Shown here: positions 28,787 through 39,084 of the stretch, piece after piece
How positions within the stretch are numbered: the stretch's first letter is position 1
Layout: every line of letters begins with the position of its first letter
Source: a bacterium
GTDB taxonomy: Bacteria > UBA8248
Length of the DNA: 64,000 bases
Reading direction: 5' to 3'
NCBI GenBank assembly: GCA_965261085.1
Contig: OZ253442.1
Coordinates: forward strand, 2,880,001-2,944,000
Position numbers and translations under genes: made by a program
The notes under the pieces: generated by a model
What the model saw: the letters and a program-made list of their open reading frames with translations, nothing else
Told to the model about the DNA's origin: nothing
Database searches by the model: none

Positions 28787-29997
28787 CTTTTATCGCTCCC
28801 GTAGCTGCGCGCCACGATTCGCTTGGCCAGGTCTTCTATCGACGCCTCATCCTCGTGCCATTCCACTCCCGGAACCTCGGCGATGAGTTTCCTGGCTTCC
28901 TCCACCCCCGGACCCGCGTAGCGGATGATGACGGGGAACTTTTCGAAATCAAGCTCCGCTTCCTTGAGCGCGCGCACCACCCCGGCCACTTTTATATCCA
29001 CCCTCGTGAAATTGCTCACGTTCCCCGCAAGTAATAGTCCTTTGATGCCGGGCTTTGAGAGCACCGCCTTTACCGCCCGGCGCATCTTTTCCTCGTAGCG
29101 TCCGGGCGTGATGTCGAACGTGGTGGCGGGCTTGCCCCCTGAATCCAGAAGCGCCTCCAGGCTCGAAAGCCCGTAGCCGCCGCCGGTGACCATGAAGCCG
29201 ATGTCGCCGTCCATTTCGCTGAAGCGAATCGCGCCCACGTGGGGGTCGATGGCGTCGATCTCGCGCATCCGCATCTCGAGTTCGGTGAAGGGCCGCCAGC
29301 CGTTCCCGCCCTCCACACCCAGTTTGGCCACTAGGTCGGGATGGCGAAAAAGAGCCTGCGCGTCGAGTTGCACCACGCCCGCCGCCGCCACCACGCGGCC
29401 ATCGGCCAGTTCCGCCAGCGGGTTCACCTCTATCATCTCGCAGTCATGGGCGCAGAAAACCGCATACATCGCGCACACCGCGCGGGCGACCTGTCCCGCG
29501 AGATCGCCCGAGAGACCCGCGAACCGGGCCAGTTCCAGGGCGTCTTCTATTTTCAGCCCTTCCAAGATGTTCACGGGCCATTCGAGCAGTTTATCGGGGT
29601 GATGCTCGCTCAACTCTTCGATGTCCACGCCGCCCTCGGCGCTGAAGAGAATGAGCGGGCATTTTCTGGGCGCATCGAAGGAGATGGAACAGAAGATTTC
29701 GCGCTTGATGTCGAGTGCTTCCATCACGATGAGTTTTCTGACCGGAAAGCGCCGCACTTCCATGCCGAGAATAGCCGCCGCGTGCGCGCGGGCCTCAGCC
29801 GCCTGCGCGGCGAATTTCACCGCCCCCGCCTTGCCCCGTTTGCCGACAGGCACGAGCGCCTTGATGACGGCGCGTCCGCCCAGGCGCTCCAGGGCGCCTG
29901 CGGCTGCCTCCGCGTCAGTGCAAACCTCGAAACGAGGAACGGGGACGCCGCCTTCGCTCAGCAGCGTCAGGGAATCGTTTTCCAGAAGGCGGGACAA
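28783..29997 (-). CDS. ADP-forming acyl-CoA ligase beta subunit (SucC / ATP-citrate-lyase-like ATP-grasp)
   Basis: VIKA...GKRGKAGAVK, SAEGGVDIEE, EVNPL, ALFRHP, GGGYG, GNVSNFTRVD. Confidence 0.85.
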   Translation of the reverse strand: MSRLLENDSLTLLSEGGVPVPRFEVCTDAEAAAGALERLGGRAVIKALVPVGKRGKAGAVKFAAQAAEARAHAAAILGMEVRRFPVRKLIVMEALDIKREIFCSISFDAPRKCPLILFSAEGGVDIEELSEHHPDKLLEWPVNILEGLKIEDALELARFAGLSGDLAGQVARAVCAMYAVFCAHDCEMIEVNPLAELADGRVVAAAGVVQLDAQALFRHPDLVAKLGVEGGNGWRPFTELEMRMREIDAIDPHVGAIRFSEMDGDIGFMVTGGGYGLSSLEALLDSGGKPATTFDITPGRYEEKMRRAVKAVLSKPGIKGLLLAGNVSNFTRVDIKVAGVVRALKEAELDFEKFPVIIRYAGPGVEEARKLIAEVPGVEWHEDEASIEDLAKRIVARSYGSDKS

Positions 29998-30218
29998 GTG
30001 CGACCTCCATCAAGGAGCAATGCGCTCGCTCATTTTCGCGAGAAAACCTGAAAGATGCGCACTAGCTGGCATTCAGGGCTTTCAGCGTCAAGATTCTTAA
30101 GCCAAGCGCGCCATCACCTTGCGTGAGGATTCGAGCGCGCGCCCCGCTTCCCCACCGGCCACCGGCGCAAACAAGAAAACGGCGGGCAAGGCAGGAGCGC
30201 AGAGTTTCCGCCGGCGCC

Positions 30219-31241
30219 TCAGCCGCATTTCATCGCGGGGCGAACCACCTGATGGAGCGTGCTGCCGCTGCTGCCGCCCATCCGGGTGCCTCCGCCGGGC
30301 AGGTGGATCCAGCCATTCAGGTAAACCAGCCCGGTGACGCCGTGCACGGGAATGGGCATATCGGGCAAACGCGTCCAGCGGTCAGCTTTTGGATCATAAA
30401 CCTCGTAATGGGGGAACACGCCCGACGGACTCGCCGTCGGATGTTCGCCGCCGAAGGTATGGAAACAGCCGTTCACCGCAATACCGTTGTTTCCGCTGCG
30501 CGCCTCGGACATCGGCCGCTTGGCGCTCCACTTGTTGCTTGCCGGATCGTACATCTCGAGCACCGCGGTGATCTCGCTCCGAAAGCCGCCGCCGAAGCGC
30601 CCTCCGGCAACATAGAGTTTGCCGTCGATCGCCGCCGCCGCCATGTGATTTCGGGGCGTCGGCAAATCGGGCAGGACCGTCCATTTGTCGGCCTTCGGGT
30701 CGTAGACGGCGAAATCGCGCCCGCGCGGCGGACGGCCGCCGGCGACGTAAATCTTACCGTCGATGACGTCGTGCGCCATCGCACTGCGCGCCGTCGGCAT
30801 CGGCGAGCGCGGCGTCCACTTCTTCGTCCTGGGATCGAAGGCGTAGACGGCCGACGTGTACAGGGACTTCTTCCTCCGGCCGCCGGCATTGGTCTGCCCG
30901 CCGATCACATAGAGAATCCCGTCGAAACCGACTGCCGAGGCATGGTTGATCGTGGTCGGATAGGGGGTCGTCAGGCGCCAGGTGTCGGACTTGGTGTCAT
31001 AGATCTGGACGGTGTCCACGCTGACCCGCGTCGAGGGGTATCCCCCGACAACGTAGATTTTCCCGTCAAGATACGCGACCGCCATTTCCGAATTAGGCTC
31101 GATGAGCGCTGCGCGCTTGCCCCATTCCGGCGTTTGAATCGTCTGGGCCGACGACTCTGATCCGTAGAGCCACATGGCCACCAGACCCAGGATGAGAACA
31201 GCTATGGCGTCTTTGCGAACGCCCCGACCCGTCATCGCCAT
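30219..31241 (-). CDS. Secreted Kelch-repeat beta-propeller protein
   Basis: Repeated DGKIYVxGG...YDP...W motifs (about 6 blades); signal peptide. Confidence 0.9.
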   Translation of the reverse strand: MAMTGRGVRKDAIAVLILGLVAMWLYGSESSAQTIQTPEWGKRAALIEPNSEMAVAYLDGKIYVVGGYPSTRVSVDTVQIYDTKSDTWRLTTPYPTTINHASAVGFDGILYVIGGQTNAGGRRKKSLYTSAVYAFDPRTKKWTPRSPMPTARSAMAHDVIDGKIYVAGGRPPRGRDFAVYDPKADKWTVLPDLPTPRNHMAAAAIDGKLYVAGGRFGGGFRSEITAVLEMYDPASNKWSAKRPMSEARSGNNGIAVNGCFHTFGGEHPTASPSGVFPHYEVYDPKADRWTRLPDMPIPVHGVTGLVYLNGWIHLPGGGTRMGGSSGSTLHQVVRPAMKCG

Positions 31242-31413
31242 CTCCCCTTCCCTCCCCCTCGTAAAACCCGTGCGCAAACACCCAGGCGGGCAAAAGATCC
31301 GCTTGACTCGCCCGTTGCGATGATCCGCCATTCATCTCCGATCGTTCCGCGAATTTACCATGAGCCCGCTCACGCCACCAACCTTCGAGGAGGCCCCCGC
31401 GTGGCCTGGCGTT

Positions 31414-31595
31414 TTAGGCGATCACGCGCCCACCTCGGTCCGGCAAGGAACACTCGCGATGCGCTTTCAGCGTGTCGCCGCAGAGGGAGCGGGCCGAATC
31501 CTCCCCGCAAGCGCCGCCCAGGCGATCGGCGAAGCTCTTTATCCTTATCCCCCGGACGCCGTGAAATTCATCGAACAGGCGCCGCCGCCGGCGAA
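31414..31595 (-). pseudogene. Degenerate duplicate of the 3' end of the dipeptidase-like gene at 36693-37631
   Basis: RRLFDEFHGVRGI..FADRL...GEDSARSLCGDTLKAH vs RRLFDEFRGIWGI..FAERL...GEDFARSYCGGALKAH. Confidence 0.75.
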
Positions 31596-31744
31596 GGAGA
31601 CGGGATTCAGAATGGTTGATATTTTTCTCTTTTCCGAAAATAGCACCAAACTGTTGCAAACGCCGCTTGCGAAAGTATCCTGATCCGCTAGAATCACCCT
31701 ATAGGAAAAACTTGTTTCTCTGTCATCTCAACGGAGGGGGTTTT

Positions 31745-32743
31745 ATGCGTACACACAAAAGATTGATCGTAGCAACTGCCGTTTTCGCCGTGGCCGGTTT
31801 CGTCGCCTCTTTGGCGAGCGCCGCCACCACCAACATCACCATCGTCGGCGCGGGCAAGGGAGCGGGAGCGTTCCGCATGGCGGCGGGTTTCGCCGAGGCG
31901 GTGAACAAGACGAGCAAGACCGTCAACGTCACCAACCGCGAGTCCAAGGGCTTCGTCGCCAACACCCGCCTCGTCGCCAACGGCCGCTCCGAGATCGGGA
32001 TGACGAACGGGATTTTCGTCGACTTCATCCAGCGCAAGCAAAAACCCTTCCACAAGGGCAAGGCGATGATGAGCATCCGGGGCATCGGCCCGGTATCCAC
32101 CTCCTGGTTCCAGATGGCGACGTTCCACAGGACCGGCATCAAGACCTACCACGATCTCGCCGGCAAGCGGGTGAACGTGGGTCCGAGGGGAAGCTCCACG
32201 CTCTTCATGACGACGTTCATCACCGACAGCATCGGGATCACCGACAAGATCCGCAAGGACTACCTGGGCTGGGCCGCCGCCGCCACCAACATGATCGACA
32301 GCAAGATCGACGCCTTCAGCATCCCGAACCCGGTGCCCTCGCCCTCGATTCTGCGCGCCTCGCGCAGCGGCCCGCTCCGCATCCTGAGCATCCCCGAGAA
32401 GGTGCGCGACAAGTTCGTGGCTCTCAGTTCGGGCTATTACAAGGATGACAAGGACGCCAGCCCCTACCAGGGGATGAAGGGCAAGAAGTTCAAGACGGTC
32501 GCCTACACCATCTTCGCCGTGGCGAACGAGAAAGTTCCCAACGACGTCATCTACGAGGTGACGCAGCGGGTGTACGACAAGGCGAACCGCGAATTTTTGA
32601 TCAACGTATTCAAGGGCTGGAAGATCGGGCTGGATTTCGCCGCGAAGTCGGATGAGTTCATCAAGCAGATGGGCAGCTTCAAATTGAAGGTCCACCCCGG
32701 CGCCGCGCGCTACTGGAAGGCGAAAGGTTACATGGTCAACTAG
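31745..32743 (+). CDS. TAXI-family TRAP transporter solute receptor
   Basis: ESKGFVAN, DLAGKRVNVGPRGSST, VHPGAARYW. Confidence 0.88.
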   Translation: MRTHKRLIVATAVFAVAGFVASLASAATTNITIVGAGKGAGAFRMAAGFAEAVNKTSKTVNVTNRESKGFVANTRLVANGRSEIGMTNGIFVDFIQRKQKPFHKGKAMMSIRGIGPVSTSWFQMATFHRTGIKTYHDLAGKRVNVGPRGSSTLFMTTFITDSIGITDKIRKDYLGWAAAATNMIDSKIDAFSIPNPVPSPSILRASRSGPLRILSIPEKVRDKFVALSSGYYKDDKDASPYQGMKGKKFKTVAYTIFAVANEKVPNDVIYEVTQRVYDKANREFLINVFKGWKIGLDFAAKSDEFIKQMGSFKLKVHPGAARYWKAKGYMVN

Positions 32744-32836
32744 ACGTTTCCCGGATTCTTTAGTTCCCCCGGAGGGCAGAGCGCCTTCCGGGGGGTCTGG
32801 TTCAGGCGTCTGTCATTCAAAATCGGGTGAGAAAGG

Positions 32837-35446
32837 GTGGCGATGGGGAAGTTTTTCAATTTTTTCTGGAGATGGATACGATTCATCTTCGCCCCGGAGT
32901 CGGCCATCCGCCGGGATATCGAACCCGGCCTCCAGAAGAAAAACCTGCCCGTCTTTATATTTCTCTCCGCCCTTCTCCTCGTCTACATCGTTATCTTCGC
33001 AGGGAGAAAATACAACCTCTACCTTCCCTATGAGATCTCCTGGGAATGGCAGGAGGTCGAATTCCCCGCTCTCGAGTTCTGGCTCTACGCGCTCATCTGG
33101 CTCTACGTCTCGGGCCTGTGCATTCTGCCGAAGCCGACGATCCTGCTGTCTTCGTTCGTGTTCGCCGCCTATTTTCTGTACGGCGCTGCGAACAGGGCGC
33201 CGGTGGATTTCGGCCTGGGGTTCGGCGAGGTCATCGTCTACATCCTCTCCCCGCTCCTCACGGCGGGGATGGAGAAATCCCTCTCGGCGATATGGGAGAC
33301 GCTCCACTTTCCGGGGCTCTCCATCTATGCGTATCATTTCTACCTGCCCCTGTACGTGATCTTCACCGCCATCCTGACGTTCATCTTCTATCCGGCGCGC
33401 AAGGGCGCTCCGACGAGGCGGCCCTCCGCCGTGGACCTCCTCCTGTGCGCGGGAGTGGTCGTCTTCACGGTGGAATACGTCATGAACTTCGCCGACAGGG
33501 GAGACCGGGCGGGCCTCGTCCTCTGGCCGGACGTCGCCATGGGAACCATCGCCATCATCGTTTCAATCGAAATGTGCCGCCGGGTGCTGGGCTGGGTGCT
33601 CCCGCTGCTGGGGATGTTCTTTTTCTATTACGCCATGTACGGCAACTATTTTCCCGGACGACTCCTGCACAAGGGGTTTTCCTACAACGAGGTCGTGAGC
33701 TTCATCTACGGAACCTCGGGCATCTTCGGCGTCATCGCCAACGTGTATGCGAGCTATGTGTTCCTGTTCATCCTGTTCGGCGTCTTTCTCGAAAAAACGA
33801 AAGTCGGCGACGTGTTCATCGACCTTTCCTACGCCCTGGTGGGCCGTCTGCGCGGAGGAGCCGCCAAGGCGTCGGTCGTATCGAGCGGCTTGGTGGGCTC
33901 GGTGGTGGGAAGCGGGGCGGCGAACATCGTCATCACCGGAACCTTTACGATTCCCCTGATGAAGCGCGCGGGCTACAAACCCCACTACGCGGCGGCGGTC
34001 GAGGCGGTCTCTTCCATCGGCGGCCACCTGCTTCCGCCCATCATGGGCTCGGCGGCCTTTCTCGTGGCGGCGTTCACCGAGACGGACTACGGGTGGATAG
34101 CGCTCATATCGCTCGTGCCCGCGCTGATGTACTACTTCTCGGTCTACATGTCGGTTCACTTCCGCTCGGGTCTGGACGGCATCCACGGCCTCTCGAAAGA
34201 AGAGTTGCCCGAACTGCTGCCCCTGCTGAAAAAAGACGGCTACCTGCTGCTGCCGGTGGCGCTGCTCATCTGCCGGCTCGTCATCGGGCGCTCGCCCTTC
34301 GACGCCGCGCTGTGGTCCATCATCCTGGCGATGGTTCTGGGATTTTTCCGCGAGGACACACGCCTGCTGGCCCTGCCGCCGGTTCTCGCGCGCCTCGTTG
34401 GCCGGCCCGGGTGGAGCACCCGCAACGACAGGCTCGAATACCAGTCCGCGAAACACCTTAAAAAACTCATGGAATCGGGCAAGAGCTTGGAAGTTGCCGA
34501 TACGGAGGCGACCGCCTACCTGGAAGCGGCGAAGGCGGAAGCACCCGGAAATCCCCTGATGGAGAACTGGCCGCTACTCGCCGGGTTGGGGCTTTTGATC
34601 GTTTTGCCCATGGCGGGGCACACCCTGCCCGAGGCGATTTTCTGGTCGGTGCTCGCGGCGGCGATACTGTCCTCTCCGCGCGTTCTGGACGGGCTCGAAC
34701 GAGGCGCCATCAACTCGCTCATCATCGGCGTGACGGCGGGCGTCATGGGCATCGTGCTCGCCGGGGTATCCATGCCCGGCCTCGGCATCAAGTTCTCCTC
34801 GATCATCCTGGGCTATTCGTCCTTCCTCGACAACGCCTTCGGCATCACGGGAACCGCGCTTCCGGTGGCGATTCTACTGTGCACCGTCGCCAGCTACATT
34901 ATGGGGATGGGCATGACGATCACGGCGAGCTACGTCCTGCTCTCGATCCTCGCCGTTCCGGCTCTCGTGGAACTCGGCGTGCCGCTGCTGAGCGCGCACC
35001 TGATGATCCTCTGGCTGAGTCAGGACGCCTCGCTCACGCCGCCCTTCGCGCTGGGCGCGTTCATCGCGGCGGGCGTGGCGGGGGCTGACCCGATGCGCAC
35101 AGGCTTCGCCTCGCTCAAGCTGGGCAAGGCGCTCTATATCGTCCCCTTCATGATGGCCTACACCCCGATCAATATGACGCCGGGCTCGGAGTGGTTCGAC
35201 ATCATCATCGTCTGGGGGACCGGCTTCATGGGCTTTTTCTGCACCTCCGCGTCGCTCGAGGGCTACATGCGCAGAAAGCTGGAGATTTGGGAGCGAATCG
35301 TCTTCGCCCTGGCGGGTGGTCTGCTGTTCTTCTACGTGCCGTGGATGAAGATAACGGGCGCGCTCATCATGGCCGCCATGATCACCATCCAGTTCATGGG
35401 CGCGAAGGATGAAGGCGCAACCTCGCCCAGCCCTGCGGCGTCCTAG
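32837..35446 (+). CDS. TRAP fused (4TM/12TM) permease
   Basis: FLFILFGVFLE, GGAAKASVVSS, TGTFTIPLMKRAGY, PPIMGSAAF, LTPPFAL, ADPMRTG. Confidence 0.92.
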   Translation: MAMGKFFNFFWRWIRFIFAPESAIRRDIEPGLQKKNLPVFIFLSALLLVYIVIFAGRKYNLYLPYEISWEWQEVEFPALEFWLYALIWLYVSGLCILPKPTILLSSFVFAAYFLYGAANRAPVDFGLGFGEVIVYILSPLLTAGMEKSLSAIWETLHFPGLSIYAYHFYLPLYVIFTAILTFIFYPARKGAPTRRPSAVDLLLCAGVVVFTVEYVMNFADRGDRAGLVLWPDVAMGTIAIIVSIEMCRRVLGWVLPLLGMFFFYYAMYGNYFPGRLLHKGFSYNEVVSFIYGTSGIFGVIANVYASYVFLFILFGVFLEKTKVGDVFIDLSYALVGRLRGGAAKASVVSSGLVGSVVGSGAANIVITGTFTIPLMKRAGYKPHYAAAVEAVSSIGGHLLPPIMGSAAFLVAAFTETDYGWIALISLVPALMYYFSVYMSVHFRSGLDGIHGLSKEELPELLPLLKKDGYLLLPVALLICRLVIGRSPFDAALWSIILAMVLGFFREDTRLLALPPVLARLVGRPGWSTRNDRLEYQSAKHLKKLMESGKSLEVADTEATAYLEAAKAEAPGNPLMENWPLLAGLGLLIVLPMAGHTLPEAIFWSVLAAAILSSPRVLDGLERGAINSLIIGVTAGVMGIVLAGVSMPGLGIKFSSIILGYSSFLDNAFGITGTALPVAILLCTVASYIMGMGMTITASYVLLSILAVPALVELGVPLLSAHLMILWLSQDASLTPPFALGAFIAAGVAGADPMRTGFASLKLGKALYIVPFMMAYTPINMTPGSEWFDIIIVWGTGFMGFFCTSASLEGYMRRKLEIWERIVFALAGGLLFFYVPWMKITGALIMAAMITIQFMGAKDEGATSPSPAAS

Positions 35447-35545
35447 TCAAGAGGCGGCTTTTCTGATTTTGCCTTCAACCCGCTTCACCAGGATGGATTT
35501 TGCTCGTTGTCTAAAATGAAAACTATTTGATCGGGAGAACTTCTG

Positions 35546-36577
35546 GTGCAACCTAATTTGAAGGATGGGTATATCAAGTGCCGTCTAATCCATCTGGATG
35601 GCGGCTCTGTTGTTCAACCAGACATCCTCTTTCGGGATCATCAAGAAGGAGATTTCTTTATACCGCGCTTCTTTTATCGCAATTGCATTTCATATTTTGA
35701 CGATGCCAGCGAAAATCAATGCCATTTCATCTTGGTTGTGCAGGACGATATATGCCTTTGCGTTAATTTTCTCAAACGGAACCACCTAGTTACATTTTCA
35801 GATGGAAGCGTGATTTACAAATGTACTTTCTCAAAGCTCAGTGGCGAAGGCGAACCACAGATAGACGGTCGTTGGTGCCTACGAGAAGAGCAAAGATTCC
35901 AGTTGAATTTATTTCACCACACCACTGAGGCAGGATATCACGACATCACGAAAAGCCAAGAAATATGGGGCTCTCGTCTAAACATTCAGGGCAACTTATA
36001 TCTCAGTAACATCGCTTATGGTTATTTCACCAATCTTCCAGCAATCCGAACCGAGGAGGATTTGCAAAAAATTGCAATGTCCAATTCAGGGTTGATTGGT
36101 GTAGTTCCAACCAACGCGCCCTATCACCCCCACTACGCTAAATCTGTGCCCATTCCTAAAAAGCAGCCTACACATGTTTCTCGTGTTATGGGATTTTGGA
36201 TTGATGCTGATTTGATTGCCCCCAATCACCTTTGGTTACACCGTCCTATGGGTCATCCTTTGAATTACGAGGTCGTGCTTCCAAATGTTTTCCGTGTCGG
36301 GGTGCAGCCAGATGCAAACTTACTAATTGACCGCCAGGAAATCCGTATCCCTGAACAAGACAGAAAAAATTTTAATTCTGTAATCGTTGGCAATGCAGAT
36401 ACTTATGAAGGATTACAAGCACCTTTTAACGAAGAAGAAACAAAGGATTTGGCAGCTATTGATCAATTTGCAGCCGATGATGAAATCACTGAGTTTTGGC
36501 AGCAGAACGCAAATTCTAACCTATTTGATGGTCGAACCATCGAGCACCCTGAGTTTAACTCGCCAGAAGATCAATAG
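35546..36577 (+). CDS. Hypothetical protein with possible ADP-ribosyltransferase-like (H-Y-[D/E]) domain
   Basis: AT-richer ORF; LFHHTTEAGYHDITKSQEIWGS...YGYFTNLP. Confidence 0.6.
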   Translation: MQPNLKDGYIKCRLIHLDGGSVVQPDILFRDHQEGDFFIPRFFYRNCISYFDDASENQCHFILVVQDDICLCVNFLKRNHLVTFSDGSVIYKCTFSKLSGEGEPQIDGRWCLREEQRFQLNLFHHTTEAGYHDITKSQEIWGSRLNIQGNLYLSNIAYGYFTNLPAIRTEEDLQKIAMSNSGLIGVVPTNAPYHPHYAKSVPIPKKQPTHVSRVMGFWIDADLIAPNHLWLHRPMGHPLNYEVVLPNVFRVGVQPDANLLIDRQEIRIPEQDRKNFNSVIVGNADTYEGLQAPFNEEETKDLAAIDQFAADDEITEFWQQNANSNLFDGRTIEHPEFNSPEDQ

Positions 36578-36692
36578 CAGAAATATTTCAACTGGTTGCG
36601 GATGACACCGGGGATCTCCCGTTCACGTATCAACCCTAAATCGTGCTGAAGTGTCATGAATTACTGTTCTTTCATTGCACCAGCCTCTCTCT

Positions 36693-37631
36693 TTACTCCG
36701 GCAGACAGCGCGCGAGATGCGCCTTCAGCGCGCCGCCGCAGTAGGAACGGGCGAAATCTTCCCCGTGCGCGGCGGCGAGGCGCTCGGCGAAGCCCTGGAT
36801 CCCCCAGATTCCGCGAAATTCATCGAACAGGCGCCTCCCGTCGGGAGCGGGCCGGTTGATGCCCGCAAAATCGCTGCCAAGCGCCACCTGGTGGGGGGCG
36901 ATTTCGGCCAGAAACTCGATTTCCTCCAGATAGCGCTCGAACGTCTCCAGGAACCCGGGGTGCGGCGCAAGTCCGATGAGCGCGCCCGTCTCTGAGAGTC
37001 TCCTCGCCATATCGCGCGGCAGCCCCCGCTCGCCGAAGACGGGCAGCACCGGCTCATCGAGATGTCCGTGGGAGTAGTGCATCTCCTGTCCGGTGACGAG
37101 GGCCAGATCGATCATGTCCGATTTCGTCTGGTGGTTCGCGTGCGCGCAATCGAGCAGAAAACCCATGCGCCAGGCCTGCATGAGAAAGGCGCGGCCCAGG
37201 GGCGTGAGACCCCGCGCGGGGTCTCCCATGGCCCCGCCGCCCAGTGCGTTGTCGTCGTTATAGAGGGGGCCGATGCTGCGCACGCCCTCCTCCCACAGCC
37301 ACTCCAAGTGTTTCAGGTCGTCCTCGACTTCGATGAAATAGACGCCTTCCGCGTGAATCAACTGCCTGCCAACTCCCTTTAAGTCCGCCCGGGTGAGAAC
37401 GACGCTCAAGCCCACCGCCGAGCGAATCCGCTCCAGATCGCGCCTGATCAACTCGAATTGCGCCTCCTGCGGCGCTCCTCCCAGCCTTTCCAGGGCAGAG
37501 AACACACCGCCCAGCTTCGCCGCCGTGGGGATGTCGATCTGCTCCGCCAGATAGGCGCGTTCATCGGGCAAATCCACCATCCAGCGCAGATCGGTATGAA
37601 AATCCCAAACGTCTTTCAGTTCAATCGGCAT
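36693..37631 (-). CDS. Membrane dipeptidase (peptidase M19)-like amidohydrolase
   Basis: DFHTD, GVRSIGPLYN..N, GLTPLG, LDCAHAN, YSH, LGSDF. Confidence 0.78.
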   Translation of the reverse strand: MPIELKDVWDFHTDLRWMVDLPDERAYLAEQIDIPTAAKLGGVFSALERLGGAPQEAQFELIRRDLERIRSAVGLSVVLTRADLKGVGRQLIHAEGVYFIEVEDDLKHLEWLWEEGVRSIGPLYNDDNALGGGAMGDPARGLTPLGRAFLMQAWRMGFLLDCAHANHQTKSDMIDLALVTGQEMHYSHGHLDEPVLPVFGERGLPRDMARRLSETGALIGLAPHPGFLETFERYLEEIEFLAEIAPHQVALGSDFAGINRPAPDGRRLFDEFRGIWGIQGFAERLAAAHGEDFARSYCGGALKAHLARCLPE

Positions 37632-37771
37632 CCGCATTCTCTCCCGGATCAGGGCCGAGGAATTTCCCCGGCGTAAAGCATCATCATACCATGCAGGAAT
37701 CCGGATTCGCCTTTGCGCTCTCTCCCAAGCTCGCATAGTCTGGCGTCTCGATTTTCAAGGAGGATGTTTCG

Positions 37772-38557
37772 ATGCCGGAAAAACCACTGGTACTCGTGAA
37801 GCGCGACGGCCCGCTCGCCACGCTCACGCTCAACCGCCCCGAGAAGAGAAACGCCATGAACACGGAGATGACCCGCGACGCGAAATCGGCGCTGGCCGAA
37901 CTCGCGGGGGCAGAGGACTTGCGCGTCCTGATCATCGAGGGCGCGGGCAGCGTCTTCTCAGCCGGGGCCGACGTGGTCGAAATGGGCGCGTTGAGCGAAG
38001 ATAACGCGCGCGCCTTCATCTCGAACCTCCATTCCCTCATCCGCTGTGTTCGCGAATTCCCGCAGCCGGTGGTCTGCAAGTGCAGGGGCTACGTTCTGGG
38101 CGGCGCGCTGGAGCTGATGCTCGGCTGCGATCTCCGGGTCGCCGCGAACGATACAAAATTCGGCATGCCCGAGGTGAGGGTCGGCGTGCCCTCCGTCATC
38201 GAGGCGGCGCTGTTCCTGCCCTTCTGCGGCTTGGGCGCCGCGCAGGACTTACTCCTCACGGGCAGGACGTTCGACGCCAAAGAGGCTCATCTCTTTGGAA
38301 TCATCCAGCGGATATGCGCGCCATCAGAACTTGAGGAAGTTACGCAAAGAGCTGTGACGGAGCTTCTCCAGGCCGCGCCCGGCGCTCTGCGCGCCCAGAA
38401 GGCGCTGTTGAGGCGATGGACGAAGGATTATCTCGAGGCCGCCATTCCGCCTTCTATCGACGCCTTCGAGGCTTCGTTCCGGACCGGTGAGCCGCAGGAG
38501 GGCATGGCCGCAGCGCATGAGAAGCGTCCCCCAGCCTGGTCGCCCGGGGAAGGATAA
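37772..38557 (+). CDS. Enoyl-CoA hydratase/isomerase family protein
   Basis: LTLNRPEKRNAM, FSAGAD, GGALELMLGCDLR, FGMPEVRVG. Confidence 0.92.
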   Translation: MPEKPLVLVKRDGPLATLTLNRPEKRNAMNTEMTRDAKSALAELAGAEDLRVLIIEGAGSVFSAGADVVEMGALSEDNARAFISNLHSLIRCVREFPQPVVCKCRGYVLGGALELMLGCDLRVAANDTKFGMPEVRVGVPSVIEAALFLPFCGLGAAQDLLLTGRTFDAKEAHLFGIIQRICAPSELEEVTQRAVTELLQAAPGALRAQKALLRRWTKDYLEAAIPPSIDAFEASFRTGEPQEGMAAAHEKRPPAWSPGEG

Positions 38558-38708
38558 AACCCGGGAGAAAACGCACCCTCCTCCCTGCGGTGGCGTTCGC
38601 TCATTCCTTGTGGCATCTTCAAGCCTCTCGCTGGACACCGATGCGGCGCATGGCATGTCGCTCCCAAGCACCACACGAGAGCCGCTGGGGTGAGACAGGA
38701 GAATAAAG

Positions 38709-39038
38709 GTGACGGAAGACGAGGTGCTGATCGAGCGCATACGCCCGATTCTCAGGCGGCGCAAGGGATTTTCCGAAAAACGGATGTTCGGCGGCGTGTG
38801 CTTCATGATCAACGGCAATATGTGCGCAGGCACGTGGAAGGGCGCACTCATCGTGCGGCTCGCCAGGGAGAACCACGAGGCGACGCTTGCGGAGCCCCAC
38901 ACGAAGCCTGCCGACATGGCGGGCAGGATCATGAAAGGATGGGCGTTGGTGGAACCGGCGGGAATCGAGCCGGATGAGGCTCTTAAAAACTGGGTGCGCC
39001 GGGCGGCGAAGTTCGCAGGCTCGCTTCCCCCCAAGTGA
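38709..39038 (+). CDS. TfoX N-terminal domain protein
   Basis: EKRMFGGVCFMINGNM, LIVR, MKGWALV, SLPPK. Confidence 0.88.
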   Translation: MTEDEVLIERIRPILRRRKGFSEKRMFGGVCFMINGNMCAGTWKGALIVRLARENHEATLAEPHTKPADMAGRIMKGWALVEPAGIEPDEALKNWVRRAAKFAGSLPPK

Positions 39039-39084
39039 GCACAACGCCATATTCGTGTAGATTCACTCTCATGAAGGATGAGGA

